37,252 bases of DNA, taken from IMG/VR virus record IMGVR_UViG_3300030430_001289, positions 1 through 37,252 of that record. One strand, 5' to 3'. The position numbers were made by a program, and so were the translations under genes. Below, piece by piece: positions 19,285 to 26,730 of the stretch. The stretch comes from a virus. Its lineage: Duplodnaviria; Caudoviricetes. The notes beneath the pieces are model-generated. The model made no database searches and was not told the origin of the DNA. It worked only from the letters and a program-made list of their open reading frames with translations. Each line of letters starts with the position of its first letter. Position 1 is the stretch's first letter.

Positions 19285-19895
19285 ATGTTTTTAAATGTAA
19301 AGTTCCAAATGATATTTTTGACAAACTAAAACAAAAAATATCTAAAGTTGCAGAGAAAGATTTTTACGGAAAAGATTTAGCTGGTAACATTAAAAAAGAG
19401 TATAGCTTAAATGCAAACTTTCTAGAGTTAAATAATTTTTTGATTGGTAACATAAATTCATTTGCACCACTAGGAGAATATGTAAAAAAAATAGTTAAAC
19501 AATATTTGCAAGATAATGATTTAACTGTAGAACTACATCTATATAATTTGTGGGTAAACTTAATGGCACAAAACGAGTTTAATCCTTTACACACACATGA
19601 AGGAGTTTTTTCATTTATAATATTTATAAATATTCCTTATGATATTGAAGAGATGAGAAAAGCCTCTCCTGGTATTAGAAGTAACTCTAATGTATCTGGT
19701 GCCTTAGAGTTTGTAAAAGGCAATAGTGATACTATTAACGATTTAACATCATTACAAATACACGCAGATAAAAGTTGGGAAAAACAATGTTTGATATTTC
19801 CGTCTACTTTAAATCATTGTGTTTATCCTTTCTACAACACAGACAGTTATAGAATAACTGTTTCTGGTAATTTAGGGTTACAAAGAAAGAGATAA
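19281..19895 (+). CDS. 2OG-Fe(II) oxygenase superfamily protein
   Basis: WVN...EFNPLHTH (HxH), IFPSTLNHCV (distal His), RITVSGN (R-x-T/S). Confidence 0.82.
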   Translation: MNVFKCKVPNDIFDKLKQKISKVAEKDFYGKDLAGNIKKEYSLNANFLELNNFLIGNINSFAPLGEYVKKIVKQYLQDNDLTVELHLYNLWVNLMAQNEFNPLHTHEGVFSFIIFINIPYDIEEMRKASPGIRSNSNVSGALEFVKGNSDTINDLTSLQIHADKSWEKQCLIFPSTLNHCVYPFYNTDSYRITVSGNLGLQRKR

Positions 19896-19902
19896 TATCA
19901 TT

Positions 19903-21762
19903 ATGCAATTAGTATTTCCTTTACAAAAAAAAACAATGTGGTCTCCTCCCATTGAGTATAAAGATTTATCAGAAGCAAAAGAAATCGCTATAGATTTAGA
20001 AACAAGAGACGAGGGTATTAATAAAGGTCTTGGAGCTGGATGGGCTACTGGCAATGGTGAGATAGTAGGAGTTGCAGTTGCTACAAAAGGATTTAGTGCT
20101 TACTATCCTTTTGGTCATCAGGGTGGTGGTAATTTAATTAAAGAACAAGTCTTATCTTATGTAACAGATTTGTGTGCTTTGCCTTGTAGAAAAATATTTC
20201 ATAATGCTCCATATGATGTCGGTTGGTTACAAGCATATGGCATCAAGGTACAAGGAGAAATAGTTGACACTATGATAGCAGGAGCTTTGTTAGATGAGAA
20301 TAGATACTCTTATTCTTTAAACGCATTATGTAAAGAATATCTAGGAGAACTAAAAGCAGAAAAAGATTTACTAGAGTCAGCTAAACTATTTGGTGTCAGT
20401 CCCAAAGAAGAATTATATAAATTACCGAGTGAGTATGTAGGATTTTACGCACAAGAAGATGCTAGGCTTACTTATGATTTATGGCAGAGATTTAAAAATG
20501 AATTGTATAAACAAAATTTAATGACTATCTGGGAATTAGAAAGAGACTTACAACCTCACCTTATTGAAATGAGAAGAAGAGGTATACGAGTAAATTTAGA
20601 AGGAACAGAAAAACTTAAAAAAGATTTTAAGCAAAAAGAAAACATAACTTTACAAAATATAAAAAAATTAGTAGGTAAAGATATTGATATATGGGGGGCT
20701 CGTTCCATAAGTTTTGCCTTCGATAAAATGGGTATCTCATATCCAAGAACACAAAAGACAAAAGAACCAAGTTTCACGCAACAATGGTTAATGGAAGATA
20801 ACAATGAGATATCTAAACTAATCGTACAAGCAAGAGAGTTGAATAAGTTTCATAATACATTTATCAATAGTATTTTGAAATACGAACATAAAGGTAGAAT
20901 ACACGCAGAGATAAATCAACTACGCAGCGATAGTGGTGGTACTGTTAGTGGAAGACTATCTATGAGCAATCCAAACTTACAACAGCTACCAGCTCGAAAT
21001 AAAGAGTTTGGAAACTTAATACGAGGTTTATTTTTACCAGAAGTAGGAGATAAGTTTTGTGCTTTAGACTACTCGCAACAAGAACCAAGAATTGCTACCA
21101 GTTATAGTTTAGCATTAGAGTTTAAGGGTGCAGAAGAAATAGCAAAGGCTTATGAAAGTGGAGATGGCGACTTTCATCAATCGGTAGCTGACTTATGTGG
21201 TATAGATAGAAAAAGTGCTAAAAGCATTTCTTTAGGGTTGATGTATGGTATGGGTAAAAATAAATTAGCAAATATGTTAGGATTAAGTTTTGATGAGGCT
21301 ACCTCTTTAATAGATACTTATAATAGAAAAGCTCCTTTCTTAAAACAACTAGCTGATAAATGTATGGAGAAAGCTCAGAACGAAGGAGTGATTAGAACGA
21401 AGTTAGGAAGAAAATGTCGTTTTGATTTATATGAGCCGAAAGATTGGGGTGTGCATACACCTGAAAGATATGAAAATGCTAGTGCAAAATATGGTGCAAA
21501 TAATATAAGAAGAAGTTTTACTTTTCGTAGTCTAAATAGATTAGTACAAGGTAGTTCTGCTGACTTAACTAAAAAAGCTATGTTAGAATGTGCTAGGATA
21601 GGACATCTACCTTTATTACAAATTCACGATGAATTATGTTTTAGTATTAAAAACAAAGAAGATGTAAAAGTTATTAAAAAGAAAATGGAAGACTGTGTAG
21701 AGTTTCTAGTTCCAATGAAAGTAGATGTAGCGATAGGAGACAACTTTGGTGAAACTATCTAA
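19903..21762 (+). CDS. polA: Family A DNA polymerase with 3'-5' exonuclease
   Basis: Exonuclease motifs AIDLET, FHNAPYD, YAQEDA; SGRLSMSNPNLQQLP; motif A LDYSQQEPR; motif B RKSAKSISLGLMYG; motif C QIHDEL. Confidence 0.96.
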   Translation: MQLVFPLQKKTMWSPPIEYKDLSEAKEIAIDLETRDEGINKGLGAGWATGNGEIVGVAVATKGFSAYYPFGHQGGGNLIKEQVLSYVTDLCALPCRKIFHNAPYDVGWLQAYGIKVQGEIVDTMIAGALLDENRYSYSLNALCKEYLGELKAEKDLLESAKLFGVSPKEELYKLPSEYVGFYAQEDARLTYDLWQRFKNELYKQNLMTIWELERDLQPHLIEMRRRGIRVNLEGTEKLKKDFKQKENITLQNIKKLVGKDIDIWGARSISFAFDKMGISYPRTQKTKEPSFTQQWLMEDNNEISKLIVQARELNKFHNTFINSILKYEHKGRIHAEINQLRSDSGGTVSGRLSMSNPNLQQLPARNKEFGNLIRGLFLPEVGDKFCALDYSQQEPRIATSYSLALEFKGAEEIAKAYESGDGDFHQSVADLCGIDRKSAKSISLGLMYGMGKNKLANMLGLSFDEATSLIDTYNRKAPFLKQLADKCMEKAQNEGVIRTKLGRKCRFDLYEPKDWGVHTPERYENASAKYGANNIRRSFTFRSLNRLVQGSSADLTKKAMLECARIGHLPLLQIHDELCFSIKNKEDVKVIKKKMEDCVEFLVPMKVDVAIGDNFGETI

Positions 21763-21764
21763 TT

Positions 21765-21944
21765 CTATATTTGATTATGTATTTTGTTTTTTACAGCTTC
21801 AATATCTTGTAGGATAATTTTTCTTTTAATAGTTGTTAATGCTTTATCTAAATTAACCATTTGATTAGTATAGACACCATAATGTTTATACATCTTAGTC
21901 CACAAGTTTTCTAAAGCAATTTTCTGTTCTAATAAATTATTCAT
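21765..21944 (-). CDS. Small hypothetical protein (59 aa, MNNLLEQKIALENLW...)
   Basis: Open frame converging on the polA stop; AAAAGG upstream and its own TTGACA promoter. Below the track cutoff. Confidence 0.6.
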   Translation of the reverse strand: MNNLLEQKIALENLWTKMYKHYGVYTNQMVNLDKALTTIKRKIILQDIEAVKNKIHNQI

Positions 21945-21959
21945 AATAGCCTTTTACTG

Positions 21960-22023
21960 ATAATAAAATATTATCACTTCATTTGTCAACTCCTCTTGAC
22001 ATTTCTTATCTAGTCTTTAATAT
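21960..22023. promoter_or_regulatory. Back-to-back divergent sigma70 promoters
   Basis: TGTCAA (21984-21989) and TTGACA (21996-22001) 6 bp apart. Rightward TAATAT at 22018-22023 (16 bp spacer); leftward TATTAT with 18 bp spacer. Confidence 0.6.
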
Positions 22024-22048
22024 GAAAAGATAAACTAAAGGGGGCGAT

Positions 22049-22126
22049 ATGACAAAATTTATAGTATCAACTGTTCTTATTATGAATGGTCTATTGTGGT
22101 TTTATATTTACATATTAACTTTATAG
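22049..22126 (+). CDS. Possible 25-aa single-pass membrane peptide (MTKFIVSTVLIMNGLLWFYIYILTL)
   Basis: AAGGGGG upstream; first ORF after the promoter; its stop overlaps the next RBS (TAGGAG). Confidence 0.45.
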   Translation: MTKFIVSTVLIMNGLLWFYIYILTL

Positions 22127-22135
22127 GAGATAAAA

Positions 22136-22354
22136 ATGGATTTAACGAAATGGAAAACTGTTGCAATTAGGATAGAAGATTTTTATTTATTAAAAGGCAT
22201 CTGTGAAAAAAAATATAGAAAACCTGCTTCTATGATTTCCAAACTAATACACGACTACTGTGTTCATATGTCAAAGAAGGAACAAGTAAAGTTAGAGGTT
22301 TTAAAAAAAACACTTAGCAAAGATTTACCAAATAATAAAAAAGAAAAAAAATGA
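22136..22354 (+). CDS. Putative ribbon-helix-helix transcriptional regulator
   Basis: KWKTVAIR strand followed by two helices (EDFYLLKGICEK; PASMISKLIHDY); AGGAG RBS. Confidence 0.55.
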   Translation: MDLTKWKTVAIRIEDFYLLKGICEKKYRKPASMISKLIHDYCVHMSKKEQVKLEVLKKTLSKDLPNNKKEKK

Positions 22355-22521
22355 GTATTACTAAATCTAAAGACTCAAGTTACTATTATTTACAAAGAGC
22401 TAAAAATTTAGCTAATTGCACTAATAGAGAGTGGGACAAGTTGTCTAAAGTAAAAAGAGATTATTTTGTTGAGAAGGCTGAAAACGATTATGAACATGAA
22501 AGTGTTACAAATAAAAAATGA
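22351..22521 (+). CDS. Small basic hypothetical protein (56 aa, MSITKSKDSSYYYLQRAK...)
   Basis: ATGA overlap with the upstream gene; open for 56 codons; fills the gap before the mom-like gene. Not in the track. Confidence 0.55.
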   Translation: MSITKSKDSSYYYLQRAKNLANCTNREWDKLSKVKRDYFVEKAENDYEHESVTNKK

Positions 22522-23143
22522 AGAAACTGAACCTTGGCTATTACGAAAGCATTATGCCAAAAGAATGCCTCATATAAGTTTTGCTTTTGGATTGTATCGA
22601 CAAAATGATTTAGTAGGAGTTATAACTTATGGCAATCCAGCTAGTGATGCCTTGTGTCGTGGTGTGTGTGGCGAAGAGTATAAACACATGGTCATAGAGT
22701 TGAACAGACTATGTTTACAAGATAATAAAAAAAACGAAGCATCCATATTGGTTTCTCACTCTTTAAAACTTTTACCAAAACCAAAAATTGTTATTAGCTA
22801 TGCCGACACATCAAAAAATCATATTGGATATATTTATCAAGCAACAAACTTTATGTACACAGGTCTTAGTGCAAAAAGAACAGAATGGAGAATAATTGGT
22901 AGTAACAAACATAGTCGAACAATAACAGCCCAAGCTTCATTAAATGAAAGGAAAACTAATACAGAAAAATATGAGTTAGTTGACCGACCAAGAAAACACA
23001 GATACATATTCTTGGTTGCTAATAAAAAAATGAAAAAAGAAATTATCAAAAAAATGAACTATAAACCTGAGCCATATCCTAAAGGAGATAACAAAAATTA
23101 TGACTCAGGTGGTGATGTATCTAAACAGTTATTATTGTTGTAG
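22490..23143 (+). CDS. mom: Mom-family (GNAT-fold) DNA adenine modification enzyme
   Basis: KHY...FGL...GVITYG-x-P...IELNRL...NEAS...ISYAD...HIGYIYQATNF-x-YTG, the signature of phage Mu Mom homologs. ATG 22490 preferred over TTG 22466. Confidence 0.8.
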   Translation: MNMKVLQIKNEETEPWLLRKHYAKRMPHISFAFGLYRQNDLVGVITYGNPASDALCRGVCGEEYKHMVIELNRLCLQDNKKNEASILVSHSLKLLPKPKIVISYADTSKNHIGYIYQATNFMYTGLSAKRTEWRIIGSNKHSRTITAQASLNERKTNTEKYELVDRPRKHRYIFLVANKKMKKEIIKKMNYKPEPYPKGDNKNYDSGGDVSKQLLLL

Positions 23144-23216
23144 TAATAATTATTTCTTGTTTTAGATTTTATAAATGGTATATCTAAAACAGTTAATGAA
23201 GAAAAAAGGTAAAGAT

Positions 23217-23423
23217 ATGGATTTTTTTGATTTAATCGAAGAAATTGTTCAAACCGATGTAGCAAGAATTGTCGACCCCTCAACATTAGACCACGATGAA
23301 AGGCACTTGTTCATAGACACAATTTATGTAGATTACTTGTACCACAAAGATAAAAAGAATTATTTTTTAACAAAACAATTTGCAAAATTACTGTCCAGCT
23401 TAATAAAAAAATATGGACACTAA
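23217..23423 (+). CDS. Hypothetical protein
   Basis: AAAGG before ATG 23217 (track start 23175); coupled to the next gene. Confidence 0.6.
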   Translation: MDFFDLIEEIVQTDVARIVDPSTLDHDERHLFIDTIYVDYLYHKDKKNYFLTKQFAKLLSSLIKKYGH

Positions 23424-23887
23424 TGTATTTACCTTCACCTTCAGTTCTTAAAGTTTTAGGTTACAAAGTAAGCAAAGAAATATTATATCAAGATAGAAGA
23501 CCAGAAGAAAATTTATACTGTTATGTTTTAATAAATTCTATAGAAGATGTGATGTTAACACATAGCGATAGAAAATCCTCTTTGCAAAAATGTGAAGCTC
23601 ATAATTGGTTGATTAGTAATTCGGAAGATTTTAAAAAAGTTTGTGAGTGGGCTTTGTTAGACCCTGAATTAGTATTATATAGTTACAAGTTATCTATAAA
23701 AAACAAAATGATAAAATTTACAGCAAGACAAGTGGGTTGGAAAAGATATTATAATTTTTATTTAAAAGTGAAAACTTTTAACATAAAAGAAAAAAGAAAA
23801 CATAAAGGTCATTTAAAAAAGTTACGAAATTCTGTTTTTAATTCTAGCACTAACTTTATCTCTACAATTTTTTTGTCAGTTATTTAA
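23423..23887 (+). CDS. Hypothetical protein (154 aa)
   Basis: TAATG coupling; EAHNWL...DFKKVCEWALLDP segment; basic C-terminus. Confidence 0.65.
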   Translation: MYLPSPSVLKVLGYKVSKEILYQDRRPEENLYCYVLINSIEDVMLTHSDRKSSLQKCEAHNWLISNSEDFKKVCEWALLDPELVLYSYKLSIKNKMIKFTARQVGWKRYYNFYLKVKTFNIKEKRKHKGHLKKLRNSVFNSSTNFISTIFLSVI

Positions 23888-24287
23888 AGTATTCAAAGTT
23901 ATAACTTGTTCTATTAGTCGATACCAAAGTAGCACCATTTTTAGTATGAAACTTATATGCCATATCTGTTTTAGGAGATAGTGTTACAAATCTTTTTGTA
24001 TTTAAATTAGGTAACAAATAATTTAAAATTAATCTACCAAATCCTTTTTCATAACTCCACAATGTATAAAAGATTGTAAACTCTTTTGTATCTTCTTTTG
24101 TATACTTAATTAATTGTTTTATTGTTTTTGGTAACTTTATAGTATTAGCAGTACATACTACCGATTTGTTTGGTATCGTATAAATTCTTCTGCCCTCTGT
24201 TGTTCTAAATTTAAAATCTAAATCTCTTCTTACTGGGTCATCAGCAATAGATACCTCATACTCATTGTTAACTATTTTTAAATTCAT
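23880..24287 (-). CDS. GNAT-like acetyltransferase
   Basis: FYTLWSYEKGFGRLIL (acetyl-CoA loop-like) and MAYKFHTKNG (motif B-like); coupled to terS. Confidence 0.55.
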   Translation of the reverse strand: MNLKIVNNEYEVSIADDPVRRDLDFKFRTTEGRRIYTIPNKSVVCTANTIKLPKTIKQLIKYTKEDTKEFTIFYTLWSYEKGFGRLILNYLLPNLNTKRFVTLSPKTDMAYKFHTKNGATLVSTNRTSYNFEYFK

Positions 24288-24799
24288 TATTCTTTTTCTA
24301 TTTTATCAGGAGTAACATCTATGATATTTTTTGCTTCGCCAATCTTAGACTCTAGTTCTTCTAATCTTTTTTCTAATTGGTCTCTACTCATTCCCTCTAA
24401 AGTAGAATGTGTAATTTGTTTGTGGTCTATATACATTCCAGCTAATTGACCAGAACGATACTCAGCATTAATAGATGCAGTAAATTGTCCTTTCTTTGCA
24501 GATTGCTCTCTTAAATCATCAAGTATCTTATATCTTCTTAGCTTGTCTTTCTCATACTTCTCTCTTTCAATCATTAATTGTTTCTCTAAGTATCTGCAAA
24601 TATGTGGGTTTAAATCTGGGTTCGTTAACTTCGATGCAAGGACAAAGGCACTTTCTCTAGTCTTTGGTGTATAACCAGCTTTGTAGAGTGCATCAGTTTT
24701 TGTGATTTTACCCCAATCCTCGACTAATATGTTAACAAACTTTTTTTGATTGTCTGTTAAGTCTTTTGTCGTTCTCATTATCTTTTTTCTTTGAGCCAT
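24287..24799 (-). CDS. Terminase small subunit-like protein
   Basis: LTDNQKKFV...TDALYKAGYT...ASKLTNP...I-x-x-YL HTH pattern of TerS, followed by an oligomerisation helix and a GQLAGMY tail. Confidence 0.72.
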   Translation of the reverse strand: MAQRKKIMRTTKDLTDNQKKFVNILVEDWGKITKTDALYKAGYTPKTRESAFVLASKLTNPDLNPHICRYLEKQLMIEREKYEKDKLRRYKILDDLREQSAKKGQFTASINAEYRSGQLAGMYIDHKQITHSTLEGMSRDQLEKRLEELESKIGEAKNIIDVTPDKIEKE

Positions 24800-24892
24800 A
24801 ACGAATCAATATTTATCATAAAATACCATAATGCACTAATATAGAAAATATTTTTTAAAAAAAAGTTGCTAGAAAAACACTCAAGTTTTTAT

Positions 24893-24984
24893 ATTTTTCC
24901 CAAAAAGTGGGAATTTTTCCCAAAACTTTCCTAGTTTGTTTTCTTGCTAACCCTATGTTTTCTGGGGTTTTTCCCAGTTTCCTA
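24893..24984. repeat. Cluster of short direct and inverted TTTCCCA/TTTCCTA repeats
   Basis: ATTTTTCCCAAAA at 24893-24905 and 24913-24925; TTTCCTA at 24927-24933 and 24978-24984; inverted pairs TTCCCA/TGGGAA (24897-24913) and CTGGG/CCCAG (24962-24977). Confidence 0.7.
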
Positions 24985-25069
24985 AAAAAAAAGGCGATTT
25001 TACACTATATATTTTTTTTTTTAGTTGTAAGGAAAGACATTATAGAAAAACAGAAATTTAATAAAATAT

Positions 25070-25118
25070 TTGATATCACTAATTAGATGTGATATATTTT
25101 ACTTATAAACAAAGGAGA
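25070..25118 (+). promoter_or_regulatory. Strong sigma70 early promoter with overlapping palindrome and RBS
   Basis: TTGATA (25070-25075), 17 bp spacer, extended TG-n-TATATT (25090-25098); ATATCAC-N9-GTGATAT inverted repeat (25073-25095); AAAGGAG RBS. Confidence 0.7.
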
Positions 25119-25125
25119 AAAAAAA

Positions 25126-25395
25126 ATGACTAAAGATTTATTACAATTACAAAAATTTATAGAGGGTAGCGATATCATACACGAAACAGATGGTGCTATA
25201 ACTTTTGTACTTCACGATTTGTTCAAACTTAAAAAAGATGGTAGTCCTAGAAGTAAAGTAAAACTTTTTACATTTCTTGAAAAAGTAGCTAAAAAAGATG
25301 GAGGACAATTATTTGAAGATGATGGTTGTTGGTTTTTAAGAGTTACTAAAAAATTAAGAGATAGATTAGATTTAACTTCTTGTGAAGAGTTTTAA
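25126..25395 (+). CDS. Small early hypothetical protein (89 aa)
   Basis: AAAGGAGAAA RBS; first gene after the promoter. Confidence 0.75.
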   Translation: MTKDLLQLQKFIEGSDIIHETDGAITFVLHDLFKLKKDGSPRSKVKLFTFLEKVAKKDGGQLFEDDGCWFLRVTKKLRDRLDLTSCEEF

Positions 25396-25416
25396 AATAG
25401 ATAAAGGAGAAAAAAA

Positions 25417-25740
25417 ATGACTAACAAATTTAAATGGACAAGCACAACAATTCCAGAAATTAAATCTGCAGCTGAAGAATTAGTTAAATCTGCTATCAAA
25501 GATGGTTGGACTTGGGACATTCTATGTGATGGAGATTACTTGTGTAAAGACACTTATGACTTTGACGAAGTTATGGGTTGCATACACGCAGTAGATGGAC
25601 CAGTTGAAGCACACATAAATCACCCACACGAAAAATCAGATTGGTGTAATTTTATTATGTGTAATGGTGAGCCAGACTGTGAAGTGGCAGATTGTTATAT
25701 AGGTGGTTACATTGATAGATGGTTAGAAAAACAAAATTAA
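25417..25740 (+). CDS. Small acidic Cys/His-rich early protein (107 aa)
   Basis: AAAGGAGAAA RBS; C-terminal GEPDCEVADC. Confidence 0.75.
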   Translation: MTNKFKWTSTTIPEIKSAAEELVKSAIKDGWTWDILCDGDYLCKDTYDFDEVMGCIHAVDGPVEAHINHPHEKSDWCNFIMCNGEPDCEVADCYIGGYIDRWLEKQN

Positions 25741-25742
25741 AT

Positions 25743-25784
25743 AGCATTTATTGTAGCCCTCTTCGGAGGGTTACTACAAGTGCT
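25743..25784 (+). other. Long RNA hairpin with C(UUCG)G tetraloop, no U-tract
   Basis: AGCAT-tta-TTGTAG-CCCTC-TTCG-GAGGG-tta-CTACAA-GTGCT; intergenic within the early operon. Confidence 0.7.
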
Positions 25785-25820
25785 ACAACACTTGGTTTTA
25801 TATTAACAAAGGAGAAATAA

Positions 25821-25982
25821 ATGAACATAGATATGAAATTACTAAAGAATACAATAGATGATATAAAAAGTGATGATAGTTGGGTGAAGGATAATAGCCA
25901 TTCTCGTACAGAGTTTAAGGGTGTGCGTCTTGGACTCAATTTATTAGTCCATCGCTTAGAAGAAAAAATGAAGGAGAAATAA
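25821..25982 (+). CDS. Small early hypothetical protein (53 aa, MNIDMKLLKNTIDDIK...)
   Basis: AAAGGAGAAATAAATG start context; stop abuts next ATG. Not in the track. Confidence 0.7.
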   Translation: MNIDMKLLKNTIDDIKSDDSWVKDNSHSRTEFKGVRLGLNLLVHRLEEKMKEK

Positions 25983-26192
25983 ATGAGCAGGTATAAAAGT
26001 TTCTTAATGGATAGAGAGCAAGAGCTGGATGGAGAAATATACATCCTTAAAAAGAAAGAATACAAAGTGGCAAGATTATTTAAAAAGTTAATGCCTTCAA
26101 CTTGGTCATATAACTATTGGATGAGTGTCGGAGTTGAGCTTAACAAGAGCATAAAAAGACTACAAAGGGAGAAGACAAATATTAGTTATTGA
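25983..26192 (+). CDS. Small early hypothetical protein (69 aa)
   Basis: AAGGAGAAATAAATG start context. Confidence 0.7.
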   Translation: MSRYKSFLMDREQELDGEIYILKKKEYKVARLFKKLMPSTWSYNYWMSVGVELNKSIKRLQREKTNISY

Positions 26193-26310
26193 TATTCCCT
26201 AAATTATAGTTTAGGGTGTTGTTAGTCTCTACCTATACTAAAAATTAGAGACTATCCTTTGTTGGTAGCCATAGGTTTTTTAGTCATTGCTTATGGCTAT
26301 CGTTATAGTT

Positions 26311-26730
26311 ATGGAAAGAAATCTTTGGCATCAACTTAACCAGATACAAAAACATAAACAAAATTATAAATCTTGGAAACTTACTCGCATAGAAACCTCA
26401 ACGATTAATGGGGTTCCTGATGTGCATTGTTTAATATCTGGATTTTCTTTTTGGTTAGAATTAAAAGCTAATGAGGATAAGAATTATGGTCTATCAAAAT
26501 ATCAAATCATTTGGCAACTTGATTACATAGCTAGAAAAGGTTTTGTTTACAACTTAGTTTTCGCCCCCTCGCAGAGGCTACTCAAACTTGTAGCCATAAA
26601 TCCAGCTTCATTTAGCTTCAATCATACAGATAAGACACATAAATCTGGTTTCATGGTGCTTGATACAATTAAATATACACAAGATAATTTATGTAAAATA
26701 ATTAAGTCGATTTTGATTCGAAATAGTTAG
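26311..26730 (+). CDS. PD-(D/E)xK nuclease (VRR-NUC/Holliday junction resolvase-like)
   Basis: MERNLW...RIET...GVPDV...FWLELKA...LSKYQIIW; ATG 26311 preferred over TTG 26287. Confidence 0.8.
   Translation: MERNLWHQLNQIQKHKQNYKSWKLTRIETSTINGVPDVHCLISGFSFWLELKANEDKNYGLSKYQIIWQLDYIARKGFVYNLVFAPSQRLLKLVAINPASFSFNHTDKTHKSGFMVLDTIKYTQDNLCKIIKSILIRNS

Noticed and set aside
12043-25317. Shared 15-mer GGACAATTATTTGAA (GGQLFE) in the ART-like and 89-aa genes
   Set aside because: Several matches of this length are expected by chance in 37 kb of AT-rich DNA; no extended homology.
25748-26065. Minus-strand 105-aa ORF
   Set aside because: Overlaps two plus-strand genes with strong RBSs and the hairpin.
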